Assembly (NCBI GenBank): GCA_024704765.1 | Contig: JAKMXF010000038.1 | Coordinates: 1 to 58,984, forward strand | Direction of reading: 5' to 3' | DNA: 58,984 bases | From: Oopsacas minuta | Lineage: Eukaryota; Animalia; Porifera | Part shown: positions 1 through 11,366 of the stretch, piece by piece | Layout: every line of letters begins with the position of its first letter | How positions within the stretch are numbered: position 1 is the first letter of the stretch | Translations under genes and position numbers: made by a program | The notes under the pieces: model-generated | Databases searched by the model: none | What the model saw: only the letters and a program-made list of their open reading frames with translations | Told to the model about the DNA's origin: nothing

Positions 1-1011
1 TCTGTTGGTTAGAACGTGATCTGAATTGAACACAAACATACACGGATCACTCTGATCTAGCACCAATACTCTGTCTCTTGTAACCTTAACGTCATATGGA
101 TGGTTAAACAAGTCTATTCCTAGCATGGAATGGAACTTGAATTCTTGAGTTAAGATTTGAACTCTTTTATTATTATAATCACATACATACACATTGCTAT
201 TTCTATCAGAGACATCTAGTCCGTGTGGACCGTTGAACTGAGCTTCTCCATTCCCATAATTGCCAACACTCTTGATTAGTTTCCCTTCTAGCTCGTACTT
301 ATTAATACAATGACCACACCATTGTGTAACAAACACTTTATTCTGAGTTATACAGATACCTATAGGTAGGTTCATCTTCTCACTGAACATGAAGAGATAG
401 TCTCCGTTACAGCTAAATACTTGTACATGATCGTTGCTCATATCCGCTATGTATATGTCTCCAGTTTGGTTAAGAACTGCTATACATCTGGGACGGTTCA
501 GTTCTCCTGGAGCTTTCTTGTCTGAATTCTTACAGTAGTAAGCAGTAGGCAGCTGTTTAGCCTTATAGTCAGGTACAACAAGCTTCACTTGAGGAGGGAA
601 GGTGTGGGTGGGAGATATGTTAGTCTGACTGTTAAGCTTAATACTCCCTAGCTGTTCTATCTCAGTCTCAAATTGATTGTTCCATTCAAACTCAATGGTA
701 ATGTCTGTATCATCTGTTAGTTCTGTCAGTTTGCTGTCAAGTGGAGTGACAACTTGTTCTCTAGTATTAGTCAGTTCATTTGCTTTCAGGTTCTCTACGG
801 CTGAAGATTTGACATTTCTTAAAGACTCACTAATTTCTTTTCGTAATTTCATTTTATGATTGTATTCATACTCTATGTTATCAACATGAGATAAGAGATT
901 ATTCTCTCTCGCTATTAATGCTTCATGAGATTTCTTGAATCTGTCTTTTATCTTTCTCCGAGTTTCACTTATCTGTTCTGTGAATTCTATTCTGGGATTA
1001 GCGACTGCCAT
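1..1011 (-). CDS. Coiled-coil + NHL-repeat protein, copy 1 (TRIM-NHL-like, no RING/B-box); 3' end runs off the window
   Basis: Minus-strand ATG at 1011 (MAVANPRIEFTEQISETRRKIKDRF...). The open frame continues through NHL blades (ELNRPRCIAVLNQTGDIYIADMSNDHVQVF; QFNGPHGLDVSDRNSNVYVCDYNNKRVQIL) to position 1. Clear paralogue of 4457-5725. Confidence 0.9.
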   Translation of the reverse strand, partial: MAVANPRIEFTEQISETRRKIKDRFKKSHEALIARENNLLSHVDNIEYEYNHKMKLRKEISESLRNVKSSAVENLKANELTNTREQVVTPLDSKLTELTDDTDITIEFEWNNQFETEIEQLGSIKLNSQTNISPTHTFPPQVKLVVPDYKAKQLPTAYYCKNSDKKAPGELNRPRCIAVLNQTGDIYIADMSNDHVQVFSCNGDYLFMFSEKMNLPIGICITQNKVFVTQWCGHCINKYELEGKLIKSVGNYGNGEAQFNGPHGLDVSDRNSNVYVCDYNNKRVQILTQEFKFHSMLGIDLFNHPYDVKVTRDRVLVLDQSDPCMFVFNSDHVLTNR

Positions 1012-2064
1012 TTTCACTTAGTTTTACAAAATAAATTACTATAACATATAACTGGATAAATATACTAATTTCTTAACCTGCATACATACTATGTAATTCT
1101 ATCTTTTAGTCTGATTGCGTGAGAATTAATTATGGTCAGGTTCAGTCAGGGTTATACGTAGGGCAAAATAATATTTTCTTTGTTTTGTCGCCTGTCATGC
1201 CATATTTGGCCCCCACCAAAGTTGTTCCGACCCAACCATATTTGACGTCATGGATGGTCCCTCTGGTTGTGTTGTATGGATGCCAGGCTAGTTGCAGGTT
1301 GCGTAATTGGGTGTTTTCTAGCTTGATCTGGGTGTTAAATGGGATATTTTTCTCCAATTATTTACTAATTCTAATGACCAGGTTAATTGAGTGATTTTAT
1401 TACTGTTACCCTTTGGCCTTGGTAATTACTTGCAAGCTTGTAATAAACATCGTGACGAGCAATTTTATATAATAAATAGAGGGGAGGGGGTACCAAATAT
1501 GGCAGGGGGATCATCCGTGGTACCATATATGGATTGTCTGGCCGAACCAAATATAGCGTGGCACGCCACACATTATACATTTAGTATATGGACACTATAT
1601 ACGATATTACAAATATGAAATATGGGAGCCGGAGCTATTAATACATTTTCCATAGGCACTTCGTCGTAAGGAAACTTCTAAAATGCTACGTAATTAAATC
1701 CTTTTCTTAATTTCACTGAAACATTCGTATTGTAAAAATGAATGTTATGAATACATTGGTTTTGATTATTTTATTGCCTCAAACCATTCAAATTCATTCC
1801 GTGTGTATATTTTCATTCATTTTCTACACATGAGTTTATTGATATTTGAAGTATAAATTAACTCATAAAATAACGGTCAGCACTAGCGGCCTGTCGTCTC
1901 TCGATTGTGTTTGTATAATCCCCCAAAGGAAGATTCCCTACTAGCATGGTGGATGAATGGACGTACTTCTGCACAAGTCTTATTTTCACATATTTCGAAA
2001 GATCAACTTATCTGTGTTTTTTAATCAACAATTTAGAATTTGAAATCTCGGTTTGAAATTACAA

Positions 2065-3051
2065 ATGACTGTTGAATTAAAGTGGGCTGATATTGAAGAT
2101 TTTGACAAAATAATCAAAGATCTTTGGACAAAATCAGAATACCTAATATGGCTTGATTTAAACACCATCCGATCTAGAACTCTCATTGGTAATTATAGCA
2201 TCGTTCTAGTTGATAATAAAGGCCGTTTTGAGACAAGAAGGAAACCTCCAACCTTTATAAAGTTAACACAAGAATTCAGTGAAGATGGATTCAATTTTAA
2301 TAAAATACAAAGCAAAGAAAGAATGTTAACTATCTCACATCTGGATATGCAAATTCCCAAAGATAACTTAGAGATTGTAATAAACGTATCGCCGATATTC
2401 AAATATCATTCTCTAATAATTCCTTATCCATTAGAAAACAAACCACAAATTATGGATCAATTCTCTCTACGTATAATATTAGATATCGCTATGAAATCAG
2501 CTGACCCAAATATGGTTATTATTGGGAACAGCCTTCTAGCTCATGCTACCGTAAATCATTTACATTTTCACCTACTTTACCCAGAATTCAGTCCAGCTTG
2601 TTCCAGAGCGGAAGGTGATCACCCATTCATTAGCACGTGTAGGGAATTAATAGGATATTTCTTTCAGGGATTTCTCATGGTTGTTACTAACGATAATGTT
2701 AATGCAGTTAAAAGTGATCTCGTTATGATTATAGAGGTTTTAATACAGAAGGATATCCCTCATAATATAGTATTCTGTAAGCGTCATGATAAAGCTACAC
2801 TTGTATTAGTATTCCCTAGGAATTCTACTGTACATATGCAGAAATCTCATGGTAAACCGTGTGAACATAAAGTTCCATTCTTCGTAGCAGCGTGTGAGCT
2901 AGCTGGGATTATTCCTGTTACTGATGGGTTTGATGATCTCACAGAATCAGATTGTGTTAGTATCGTGAAGGAGAGTATGTTGGATGATATAATATATAAG
3001 GAAATTATTCAGGATATTAAGATTATTATTACAAAGGCCAGTACTTGCTAA
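2065..3051 (+). CDS. GDPGP1: GDP-D-glucose phosphorylase 1-like (HIT-type), intronless
   Basis: Single ORF, first ATG at 2065. Motifs VINVSPIFKYHSLIIP, NSLLAHATVNHLHFH (HxHxH) and FFVAACELAGIIPV match the GDPGP1/VTC2 family. Confidence 0.85.
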   Translation: MTVELKWADIEDFDKIIKDLWTKSEYLIWLDLNTIRSRTLIGNYSIVLVDNKGRFETRRKPPTFIKLTQEFSEDGFNFNKIQSKERMLTISHLDMQIPKDNLEIVINVSPIFKYHSLIIPYPLENKPQIMDQFSLRIILDIAMKSADPNMVIIGNSLLAHATVNHLHFHLLYPEFSPACSRAEGDHPFISTCRELIGYFFQGFLMVVTNDNVNAVKSDLVMIIEVLIQKDIPHNIVFCKRHDKATLVLVFPRNSTVHMQKSHGKPCEHKVPFFVAACELAGIIPVTDGFDDLTESDCVSIVKESMLDDIIYKEIIQDIKIIITKASTC

Positions 3052-3470
3052 AATGAGTCCTTAAATCATTTATATTTAGTATAACAATCGAGATTACTTT
3101 TATAGGTTTTGGGAAAATTGGTGGCTGAAAAGGTTAAGCCACTGTTAGTTGGAAACATGTTTAAGCTCCACCACCCGCATTTGATTTAGCTACCGCACTA
3201 ATATTGTCATTATTTCACAATATAATCAATGTATTCAACAATAAGTTATATAAACTGGCTAGAGTACAATAAAAGTATCTTTTTCATAGTCTAGCCTATT
3301 CTCATATCAAATTTGACTTTAGTAATTATAATATTTTTTATGAATACTCATACTACTTCTTGCAACCACTAATTTAGTTCCCATTCATTATAATATATTC
3401 CATATTCGGAAAGACGTACACTACCGTAATGATGATTATAAGTCAATCGCTTAGTTAGCTATTATTAACG

Positions 3471-6400
3471 ATGCAGGCACAAGCACCGGATTTCAGCATT
3501 GGCAGTGTATTCTCTGATATATCAACCAGTCTATACAAACCTACAGATCTATCAAACTCTCTCACTCTATCTGAAACTGTTCTAGGTGTAACAGCTGTAG
3601 GTCACGACGTCACACTTAGTAGTGAATGTACTAGTGATTTATTCTCTTCTCTAAGTCATAGTCAAACTGAGTTATCAGTTAGATTAGACAAGTTGAAGAG
3701 AGAAGGGAAGAGAGAACAGATAGGTTGGGAGCTGGAGAGAAAGGAACTGCTTCATAAGCTACAGATTCTTACGCTAGAATTGTCTCAACAAAAATTAAGG
3801 GTAGAGACAGAGGAAGCACATAGATTGACTGATATTGAAGAGTTAGAAGAGAGTCTACAAGCTGCTAGAGCACATATTAGAATGCTACAGGTATGTCTAT
3901 TATATTGATATTATCGATCACTTTCAACCTTACCCCTATGCATGTAACCCTTGAGATCAAGTCTCTACTTAAATTTTGCGGGTAATAGACTATCTATGTG
4001 AAACAGTCATGAAGGGACAATAGTGCCCATGCTGTATCTCATAAATTATTAACCGAATTCCAACACTTAACTGCCACCTCTCTGTATAACAGTCAGCTGC
4101 ACATAACGGCCACTTAAAGCAGTCCCTTCCGATTTCCCATTATAATGACCTCAGTATAGCGGCCACCAATTTAGTCAGTTACCGGCTCTATACCGTCAAT
4201 AACCCCTCACTAACGCCACTTTATATAGCGATCACCCCTCCCATAAAGTCCACTTTTGGCTAATTCATTCAGTGGCCTTTATAAACAAGCTTACTGAATA
4301 TCATTGACATAACAGTCTATAGAACTCTCTTTATTATTTAACTCTAAAAATAGAATAAATTAAGGATAGAATTACATAGTATGTATGCAGGTTAAGAAAT
4401 TAGTATATTTATCCAGTTATATGTTATAGTAGTTTATTTTGTAAAACTAAGTGAAAATGGCAGTCGCTAATCCCAGAATAGAATTCACAGAACAGATAAG
4501 TGAAACTCGGAGAAAGATAAAAGACAGATTCAAGAAATCTCATGAAGCATTAATAGCGAGAGAGAATAATCTCTTATCTCATGTTGATAACCTAGAGTCT
4601 GAATACAATCATAAAATGAAATTACGAAAAGAAATTAGTGAGTCTTTAAGAAATGTCAAATCTTCAGCCGTAGAGAACCTGAAAGCAAATGAACTGACTA
4701 ATACTAGAGAACAAGTTGTTACTCTACTTGACAGCAAACTGACAGAACTAACAGCTGAGACAGACAGTAGTATTGAGTTTGAATGGAACAATCAATTCGA
4801 GACTGACATAGAACAGCTAGGGAGTATTAAGCTTAACAGTCAGACTAACATATCTCCCATCCACACCTTCCCTCCTCAAGTGAAGCTTGTTGTACCTGAC
4901 TACAAGGCTAAACAGTTGCCTACTGCTTACTGCTGTAAGAATTCAGACAAGAAAGCTCCAGGAGAACTGAACTGTCCCAGAGGTATAGCAATACATTACC
5001 AAACTGGAAATATTTACATAGCGGATCATTACAACAATTGTGTACAAGTATTTAGCTGTAACGGAGACTATCTCTTCATGTTCAGTGAGAAGATGAACAA
5101 ACCAATAGGTATCTGTATATCTCAGAATAAAGTGTTTGTTATACAATATCATGGTCATTGCATTAATAAGTACGAGCTAGAAGGGAAACTAATCAAGAGT
5201 GTTGGTAGTAAAGGGAATGGAGAAGCTCAGTTCTCCTTTCTATACGGACTAGATGTCTCTGATAGAAATAGCAATGTATACGTGTGTGAATCTAACAATA
5301 AAAGAGTTCAAATCTTAACTCAAGAACTCAAGTTCCATTCCATGCTAGGAATAAGCATGTTTAACCATCCACGTGACGTTAAGGTTACAAGAGACAGAGT
5401 ATTGGTGCTAGATGACAGTGATCCGTGTATGTTTGTGTTCAATTCAGATCACGTTCTAACCAACAGACTGATAACTAAAGGTGATGGCAAACAAACAAAC
5501 AATCCATGCTGTTTCGACATAGACAGATACTATAACATCATTATGAGTGACTACAGTAATCACTGTGTTTACATATTTAATCAGGAAGGGGAACAGATAC
5601 ACAAGTTTGGGAAGGAAGGTGAGGGTATCGGGGAGTTTATTAATCCCTTGGGAATAGCACTAGACAACACAGGACACATTATAGTGGTGTGTGGGAAGAA
5701 TCTTAATTGTCTACAATTCTTTTGAATGTGATATATCGCCTGCCTCTAATATTAATCGTTGAATATTAGACTGAAAAATACATTAAATTTGATGTGTATA
5801 TTAACTTAATATTTAGGTATTGGGTAACTTATTAAATACCTCGAATTGGTAATATCGATAATACACTTGGTTCAGATTCTAAAGGGAAATGCTCTATTGG
5901 CATGAATGATCTGCGTTCGTTCGCGCAAGCTTTTTGGCATATATTTCAAAATTATGCTCGAAATTCGTTTCAACGGATAATCAGGAGTAATTTAGTGTGT
6001 TAGTACGTGCAATCGTACATGCTATTTTGTTTCCCGAGGCGTGTCTTATCTGATTTCTACTTTATATACCAGCTTTATTTTCCCTATATCCGTATAGATA
6101 CAACTCCAATCTACTAGTAACACAGATAAACAAACGAAAACAGAAGATACTCGTGAACACTCTATAAAGATAGAAAAACTACGAGATAAGATTCTCGAAC
6201 TAGAAGGAAAAGAGAATGAGATACGAGAGTCTCTTGCTTCTACACAGTTACACACATCGCGGCTTTTATCACCCCAAGAATATACCAAACTCAAACAATC
6301 TCCTCCCAACATATTACCTATTCAAGATCAATTGAGATTATTTGTTTATGAATCAAATAAAATTCTAAACATCGAATTGGAGAATTCTAAACAAACTTCT

Positions 6401-8399
6401 GATAATTATTTGAGAGAAATAGAAACAGTTAAGTTAGAGAATTTGAGTTTTAAAATGGAAATTCAACACTTAAATCAAGATAATACTAAGCTACAAGGAG
6501 AATTGAATGAGTCAATTAGTTGTGTGGAATCTCTACGTGACCAGATTAAAACCGGTAATCACAGATTAGAGACCTATGATCAATTGGTTGAAGAACGTAA
6601 TTGTATACGACAGGATTTAGAACATTCTAGAAGGAATCTAGCTCATTTAGAAGTTGATTTAAAATCTAGAACAGATGAGTGTAGAGGCATAACAGATGAA
6701 GTAATAACATTGAGACAGACAAACTCTCTGCTTAGTCAAGATAAATCCTATCTTTCTAAGCATAATACTGAACTGGGTATTAGATGCGAAGGATTAGAAG
6801 ATAGGTTAAGAGGGAGTGATAGAGAAGTGATAGAGTTAAGGGAAGCTAGAGAACTCTTATATGACAAGTTTATACACGTGAGTATTGGATATGTTAATTG
6901 TATTTACAGTGTAATCTTGATTATCCAGACTCGTCGGGGCCTGTTAAATGCGATAACCGAGGTGGTTTATTCATAATGGAATAGGACCTGGGACCTGGAA
7001 GCGTAACTTTTCGTCCAAGGTAGTGGAACAAGATAATCATTGTCATTAGAAGTTTGTATTGCCCCTATTGGAGGGGTCCACAGGATGTGAAAATTGTCTA
7101 GGGGGTACCGGATCCAGGAGTAAAAACGTTGGGAACCGCTCCCATAGGATTTGTACTACAATAGTATTTTCTGTTAATATCAAGTGTTTTACTATGAATA
7201 GGATTTTGGTGCCATATGGGTTAACAGTAAGTGACCCTGATTGTATCTGGTTTATTCATTTAAGTTTTATTTGTAATTGTACAAATTTACTCTTTGAACT
7301 GTTCTATAACTTTTAGGTTAGAGAGAGCTTTAAGAGTGAGTTTGAGAAGAAGTTAGAAGAAGAGGTATCATCTCTAAGAGACAGAACTGAGAATGAAATT
7401 AACAGATTAAGAGGTACTACTAGAGAGATGCATGAGAGAGAAATATCCTCAGAGAGAGGAGCGAGAGAAGGAGCAGTACTTGATAGAGAACAGGGCAGAA
7501 AGGAATTAGCTGAGCTACAATCTAGACACGAATCTATCCTTTCTGAGTATCGACAGTTACAAATGTCTACTGATTCTCGTGTCGGACAATTAGAACAAGA
7601 ATTGAGAATTACTCGATTTGAATTGGAGAAAACTCAATTGTTACAAGAAGAGTATTTGCTTAATCTCAAACAATCTCAAGTTGAAGTAGATAAACTTAGA
7701 AAGAAGTTAGATTTATCGACACAAGAATTCTACGCTAAAGACTCAGAGTACGCTCAGTATAGAGCTCAATTGGAGGCAAGGAATGCAGAGCTAGCAGAGA
7801 GATTACGTTTTTATGATAATCTTGATAAAGACATGGATCAAGCAGTTATTGACGCAGCTCAAATTGATAATGAAGAAGAGAGCAAACGAGTGCTTGGCAT
7901 ACTTGGTTTATATGATACAACAGTTAGTAGGAAAGGCGCAAGGGCTCTTAGACAGAGTGCACATTTAGCTAGACAAGTTCTAAAACTTGAAAAGGAAAAA
8001 GGCGAACTACAACATTCGTTTAATGAAATGGAGAAAAAACTTGCTTCTGTAACTGATCGTTTAATTCAAGCACAAGAAAATAGTGAATTGTCGAAACAAC
8101 CAAATTCCTATCTCACTGACCTGTTGCGTAGCAGAGACAATGAACTAAAGGAATGTCGAATTAAAGTTAAGAATCTGAGCGAACACGTTGAAGCACTCAC
8201 AAATGAATGTGAACAACTCAAGAAATCGAGATCTTCATTGGCTCAGGATTTACAACGAATACTGAAGAAGAGAGAAGAGATAGACTCCGTCAAAGAGTCT
8301 GTTTCTGCTCTCAGAGAATCTGCACGTATTGCAATGGAACAGCTAGGACCCGATCCTAAACCAGTTGTATTTGTAAACGCATCTAATCATAAGAACTAA
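3471..8399 (+). CDS. PIBF1: PIBF1/CEP90 centriolar coiled-coil protein; 3 exons (3471-3890, 6098-6877, 7317-8399), about 760 aa
   Basis: Phase-0 GT-AG junctions join in frame. ERKELLHKLQILTLELSQ, TLRQTNSLLSQDKSYLSKHNTELGIRC, REMHEREI and ALRQSAHLARQVLKLEKE follow human PIBF1 colinearly, and the length is similar (human about 757 aa). Confidence 0.88.
4457..5725 (+). CDS. Coiled-coil + NHL-repeat protein, copy 2; nested on the same strand in PIBF1 intron 1
   Basis: Intronless ORF (ATG 4457) with an N-terminal coiled coil and six NHL blades (e.g. PRGIAIHYQTGNIYIADHYNNCVQVF, GEFINPLGIALDNTGHIIV). Confidence 0.92.
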   Translation: MAVANPRIEFTEQISETRRKIKDRFKKSHEALIARENNLLSHVDNLESEYNHKMKLRKEISESLRNVKSSAVENLKANELTNTREQVVTLLDSKLTELTAETDSSIEFEWNNQFETDIEQLGSIKLNSQTNISPIHTFPPQVKLVVPDYKAKQLPTAYCCKNSDKKAPGELNCPRGIAIHYQTGNIYIADHYNNCVQVFSCNGDYLFMFSEKMNKPIGICISQNKVFVIQYHGHCINKYELEGKLIKSVGSKGNGEAQFSFLYGLDVSDRNSNVYVCESNNKRVQILTQELKFHSMLGISMFNHPRDVKVTRDRVLVLDDSDPCMFVFNSDHVLTNRLITKGDGKQTNNPCCFDIDRYYNIIMSDYSNHCVYIFNQEGEQIHKFGKEGEGIGEFINPLGIALDNTGHIIVVCGKNLNCLQFF

Positions 8400-8888
8400 A
8401 CTATTGTATTATCATTATTAAGCTACCTGCCTACGTCATCACTTGTGACCACTACAATAATTCATTTATTATTTCTGAAGTAATTTTGTATTCAATCTTC
8501 ATTTTATCTAATTAAGCAGAAATTCATTAACTTTAGCGTTCATTGTGTACAATTAAACCTCCGAGATCCGCCGTTTCGATATATAAAATTGATGGATCAT
8601 ATATAGAGTTATTATTCTTTCTGAGATCCTGGCACCCTCTGGAATAGACTTCTTTGATCTTCAATGTTCTCCTGATTGTATACAATGCGATTGGTTCTCA
8701 TAAATACGAAAACTGTTAACATATTTAATATGGAGTCCGATTTGTGTATGATTTGTCTATATATGTTTTATCATATGATTAATCATTTTTCACACCTTTT
8801 GGCATATATTCACAGGTTTCTTGGTAAAAATAGAGCCAATCTTCATTATCAGTCTCCATTTTTTCAATTTACTAATTTGTTCTCTTAG

Positions 8889-9870
8889 ATTTCATAGAAG
8901 ATTTACAAGTGATAATTCAATCAGATACTAGCTTGCTGTTAACATGGAGTGAGTATAATTCAGTAAATACTCTTGGATACAATATTTGTATCAATGGACA
9001 TCAAGTTGGGATGGTATGTGATGTGCCAACCGCGAGCCCCGCATCGCAAGAAAGCGAACCTTGCTTGTTACTGACAGTATTTTAAACTAACTTCTTTACC
9101 GTATAGTAAATACAGTCAACTGTCAACCATTATATCAAAGCTACAGGAACCATTACAATTTCTTCGATAATACCGATTAAATTTATCTTACTTGGTTTCG
9201 GTATTGGAATTGACTGTATTTCCTGTTTTTGGCAGAATATTCTGCTTTTCTGCCATACATTTATTTGGCTATCGAGACGTGCCCGAAAGTTGAATGTCCT
9301 CGCTATATATCTACAAATTTAGAGTTCTCAATCTGTATTTAGGTTAGCAATGAGAAGACTAAAGCACTGCTGGAAGGCTTGAATCCGACGTCCTATTATA
9401 GGTAAGTTATAACTGATTACATGTTATTGAGGATATGATGTCATGTATTATTATCTCGGATTCCTTAGAGGAATACTCTCCGCTAAATTATCAAAATACT
9501 TATTTCCTTTTATAGGATAAATCTGGTTGAACAGACTTCATCTTCAAAAGCAAGAGAATCAAATCCTGTATCCGTCTGTATTAGTCAAATGAGACAAAAT
9601 CAACAACAATTGGATAATACAGAATTTATTACTAATAAAAATAATGAAAATTCTCAACGCGAAGATAATACAGAATTTCTAGAAGAAATCGGAATTCCTT
9701 CAGGCTCTTATAACAATGATCAAGGATCTGTAAAAATATCAGGAAATAGTGAATATTCTGGTGAGAAGAAGGAATTGAATAGAACCTATGAACTAGAGAA
9801 ACAGCTGGTAGAGATTAGACAACAGATAACAGAAGGTAGTGGGGATAATGAACAAATAGATAATAACTGA
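8889..9870 (+). CDS. Three 3' exons (8889-9013, 9343-9401, 9516-9870) of a fibronectin type III-domain gene; 5' exons not located
   Basis: Canonical splice sites with matching phases give FIEDLQVIIQSDTSLLLTW...LGYNICINGHQVGM|VSNEKTKALLEGLNPTSYYR|INLVEQTSSSKARESNPVSVCI. This fits the FN3 pattern (W, Y, L-x-G-L-x-P-x-x-x-Y) and is followed by an N/E/Q-rich tail to TGA at 9870. Confidence 0.7.
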
Positions 9871-10238
9871 CTTTAGCTATCATTCAATATTTGTATTACG
9901 AAACGAGTAATTCTGGTGAAATCATACATCTCATTTATTATATTTCCACATCATTGTTCACTATTATTAACATTTCAAAAATATAATTGAGAGTACAAAC
10001 AGCAGTAAATATCCAATCATTCCATAGCATTTGTATTGATTAAGCAAATTCCCTTAGTATGAAGTGTCGTTATTATGAATAAGATTTTTGATCCGCAATA
10101 AGTGACCCTGACTGTATTTGTGTATTACCATTTATCGTATGAATTATCACGTTTGCATACAGTTTAGTGTTGGATTACTAGACATTCCATTACAAAGTTA
10201 TCAAGATACCACAGGGTATAACAAGGAGTAATATTTGC

Positions 10239-10299
10239 TCCCTATATCCCTATATCCCTATATCCCTATATCCCTATATACCTATATCCCTATATACCC
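10239..10299. repeat. 8-bp tandem repeat (CCTATATC)n, about 7 copies
   Basis: cctatatccc tatatcccta tatccctata tccctatata cctatatccc tatataccc. Confidence 0.9.
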
Positions 10300-10457
10300 A
10301 TGCCAAGAGATGTTTTAGAAATTTATAGTATACATAGATTTCTTACCATTTTCCCTTTATTATATTACAAGGCATAATATGTTGTATTGAATATTATGTG
10401 TAGTATGAAACTATAAATATGTTGTATTGGAATTGTAGCAAATATTATTCTATATAA

Positions 10458-11366
10458 ATGGCTACTGCAGACATTAACAGTCAGACTAATATATCTCCCA
10501 CCCACACCTTCCCTCCTCAAGTGAATCCTGTTGTACCTGACTACAAGGCTAAACAGCAGCCTACTGCTTACTACTGTAACCATTCAGACAAGAAAGCTCC
10601 AGGAGAACTGAACTGTCCCAGAGGTATAGCAGTTCTTAACCAAACTGGGGACATATACATAGCGGATTATTGCAACGATCGTGTACAAGTATTTAGCAGT
10701 AACGGAGACTATCTCTTCATGTTCAGTGAGAAGATGGCCAATCCAGTAGGTATCTGTATATCTCAGAATAAAGTGTTTGTTACACAATGTGATAGTCATT
10801 GTATTAATAAGTACGAGCTAGAAGGGAAACTAATCAAGAGTGTTGGTAGTAGAGGGGATGGAGAAGCTCAGTTCAACGGTCCACACGGACTAGATGTCTC
10901 TGATAGAAATAGCAATGTGTACGTATGTGATTTCACTAATAAAAGAGTTCAAATCTTAACTCAAGAACTCAAGTTCCATTCCATGTTAGGAATAGATGTG
11001 ATAAAGTATCCATGTGACGTTAAGGTTACAAGAGACAGAGTGTTGGTGCTAGATCAGAGTGATCTGTGTATGTTTGTGTTCAATTCAGATCACGTTCTGA
11101 TCAACAGACTGATAACTAGAGGTGATGGCAAACAAACAAACTATCCATGCTGTTTCGACATAGACAGAGACTATAACATCATTATGAGTGACTACAGTAA
11201 TAACTGTGTGTACATATTCAATCAGGAGGGAGAACAGATACACAAGTTTGGGAAGGAAGGCCAGGGTATCGGGGAGTTCATTAATCCCTGGGGAATAGCA
11301 CTAGACAGCACAGGACACATTATAGTGCTGAGTGAGAAGGATACTAATTGTCTACAATTTTTCTGA
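10458..11366 (+). CDS. NHL-repeat protein, copy 3; coiled coil deleted in frame
   Basis: The ORF starts MATAD, like copy 5 (MATAE), then jumps straight to INSQTNISPTHTFPPQV. All six NHL blades are intact. Confidence 0.85.
   Translation: MATADINSQTNISPTHTFPPQVNPVVPDYKAKQQPTAYYCNHSDKKAPGELNCPRGIAVLNQTGDIYIADYCNDRVQVFSSNGDYLFMFSEKMANPVGICISQNKVFVTQCDSHCINKYELEGKLIKSVGSRGDGEAQFNGPHGLDVSDRNSNVYVCDFTNKRVQILTQELKFHSMLGIDVIKYPCDVKVTRDRVLVLDQSDLCMFVFNSDHVLINRLITRGDGKQTNYPCCFDIDRDYNIIMSDYSNNCVYIFNQEGEQIHKFGKEGQGIGEFINPWGIALDSTGHIIVLSEKDTNCLQFF

Noticed and set aside
677-859. Short ORFs antisense to NHL genes (677-859, 4609-4791, 4943-5158, 10584-10799, 16245-16460, 49799-50011) that resemble each other
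   Set aside because: They recur only because they are the reverse strands of the duplicated NHL coding sequence; there is no independent evidence of coding.
1119-1618. Four overlapping small ORFs in a GC-richer patch
   Set aside because: No recognisable motifs. The patch contains an imperfect inverted repeat (tgccatatttgg..cccc at about 1198 vs gggg..ccaaatatggca at about 1486) and looks like a non-coding repeat remnant.
7317-7620. Patches of AGA-only Arg codons and low CpG alternating with CGN-rich patches (possible methylation footprint)
   Set aside because: Visible by eye but not quantifiable without computation, and it may reflect amino-acid composition.
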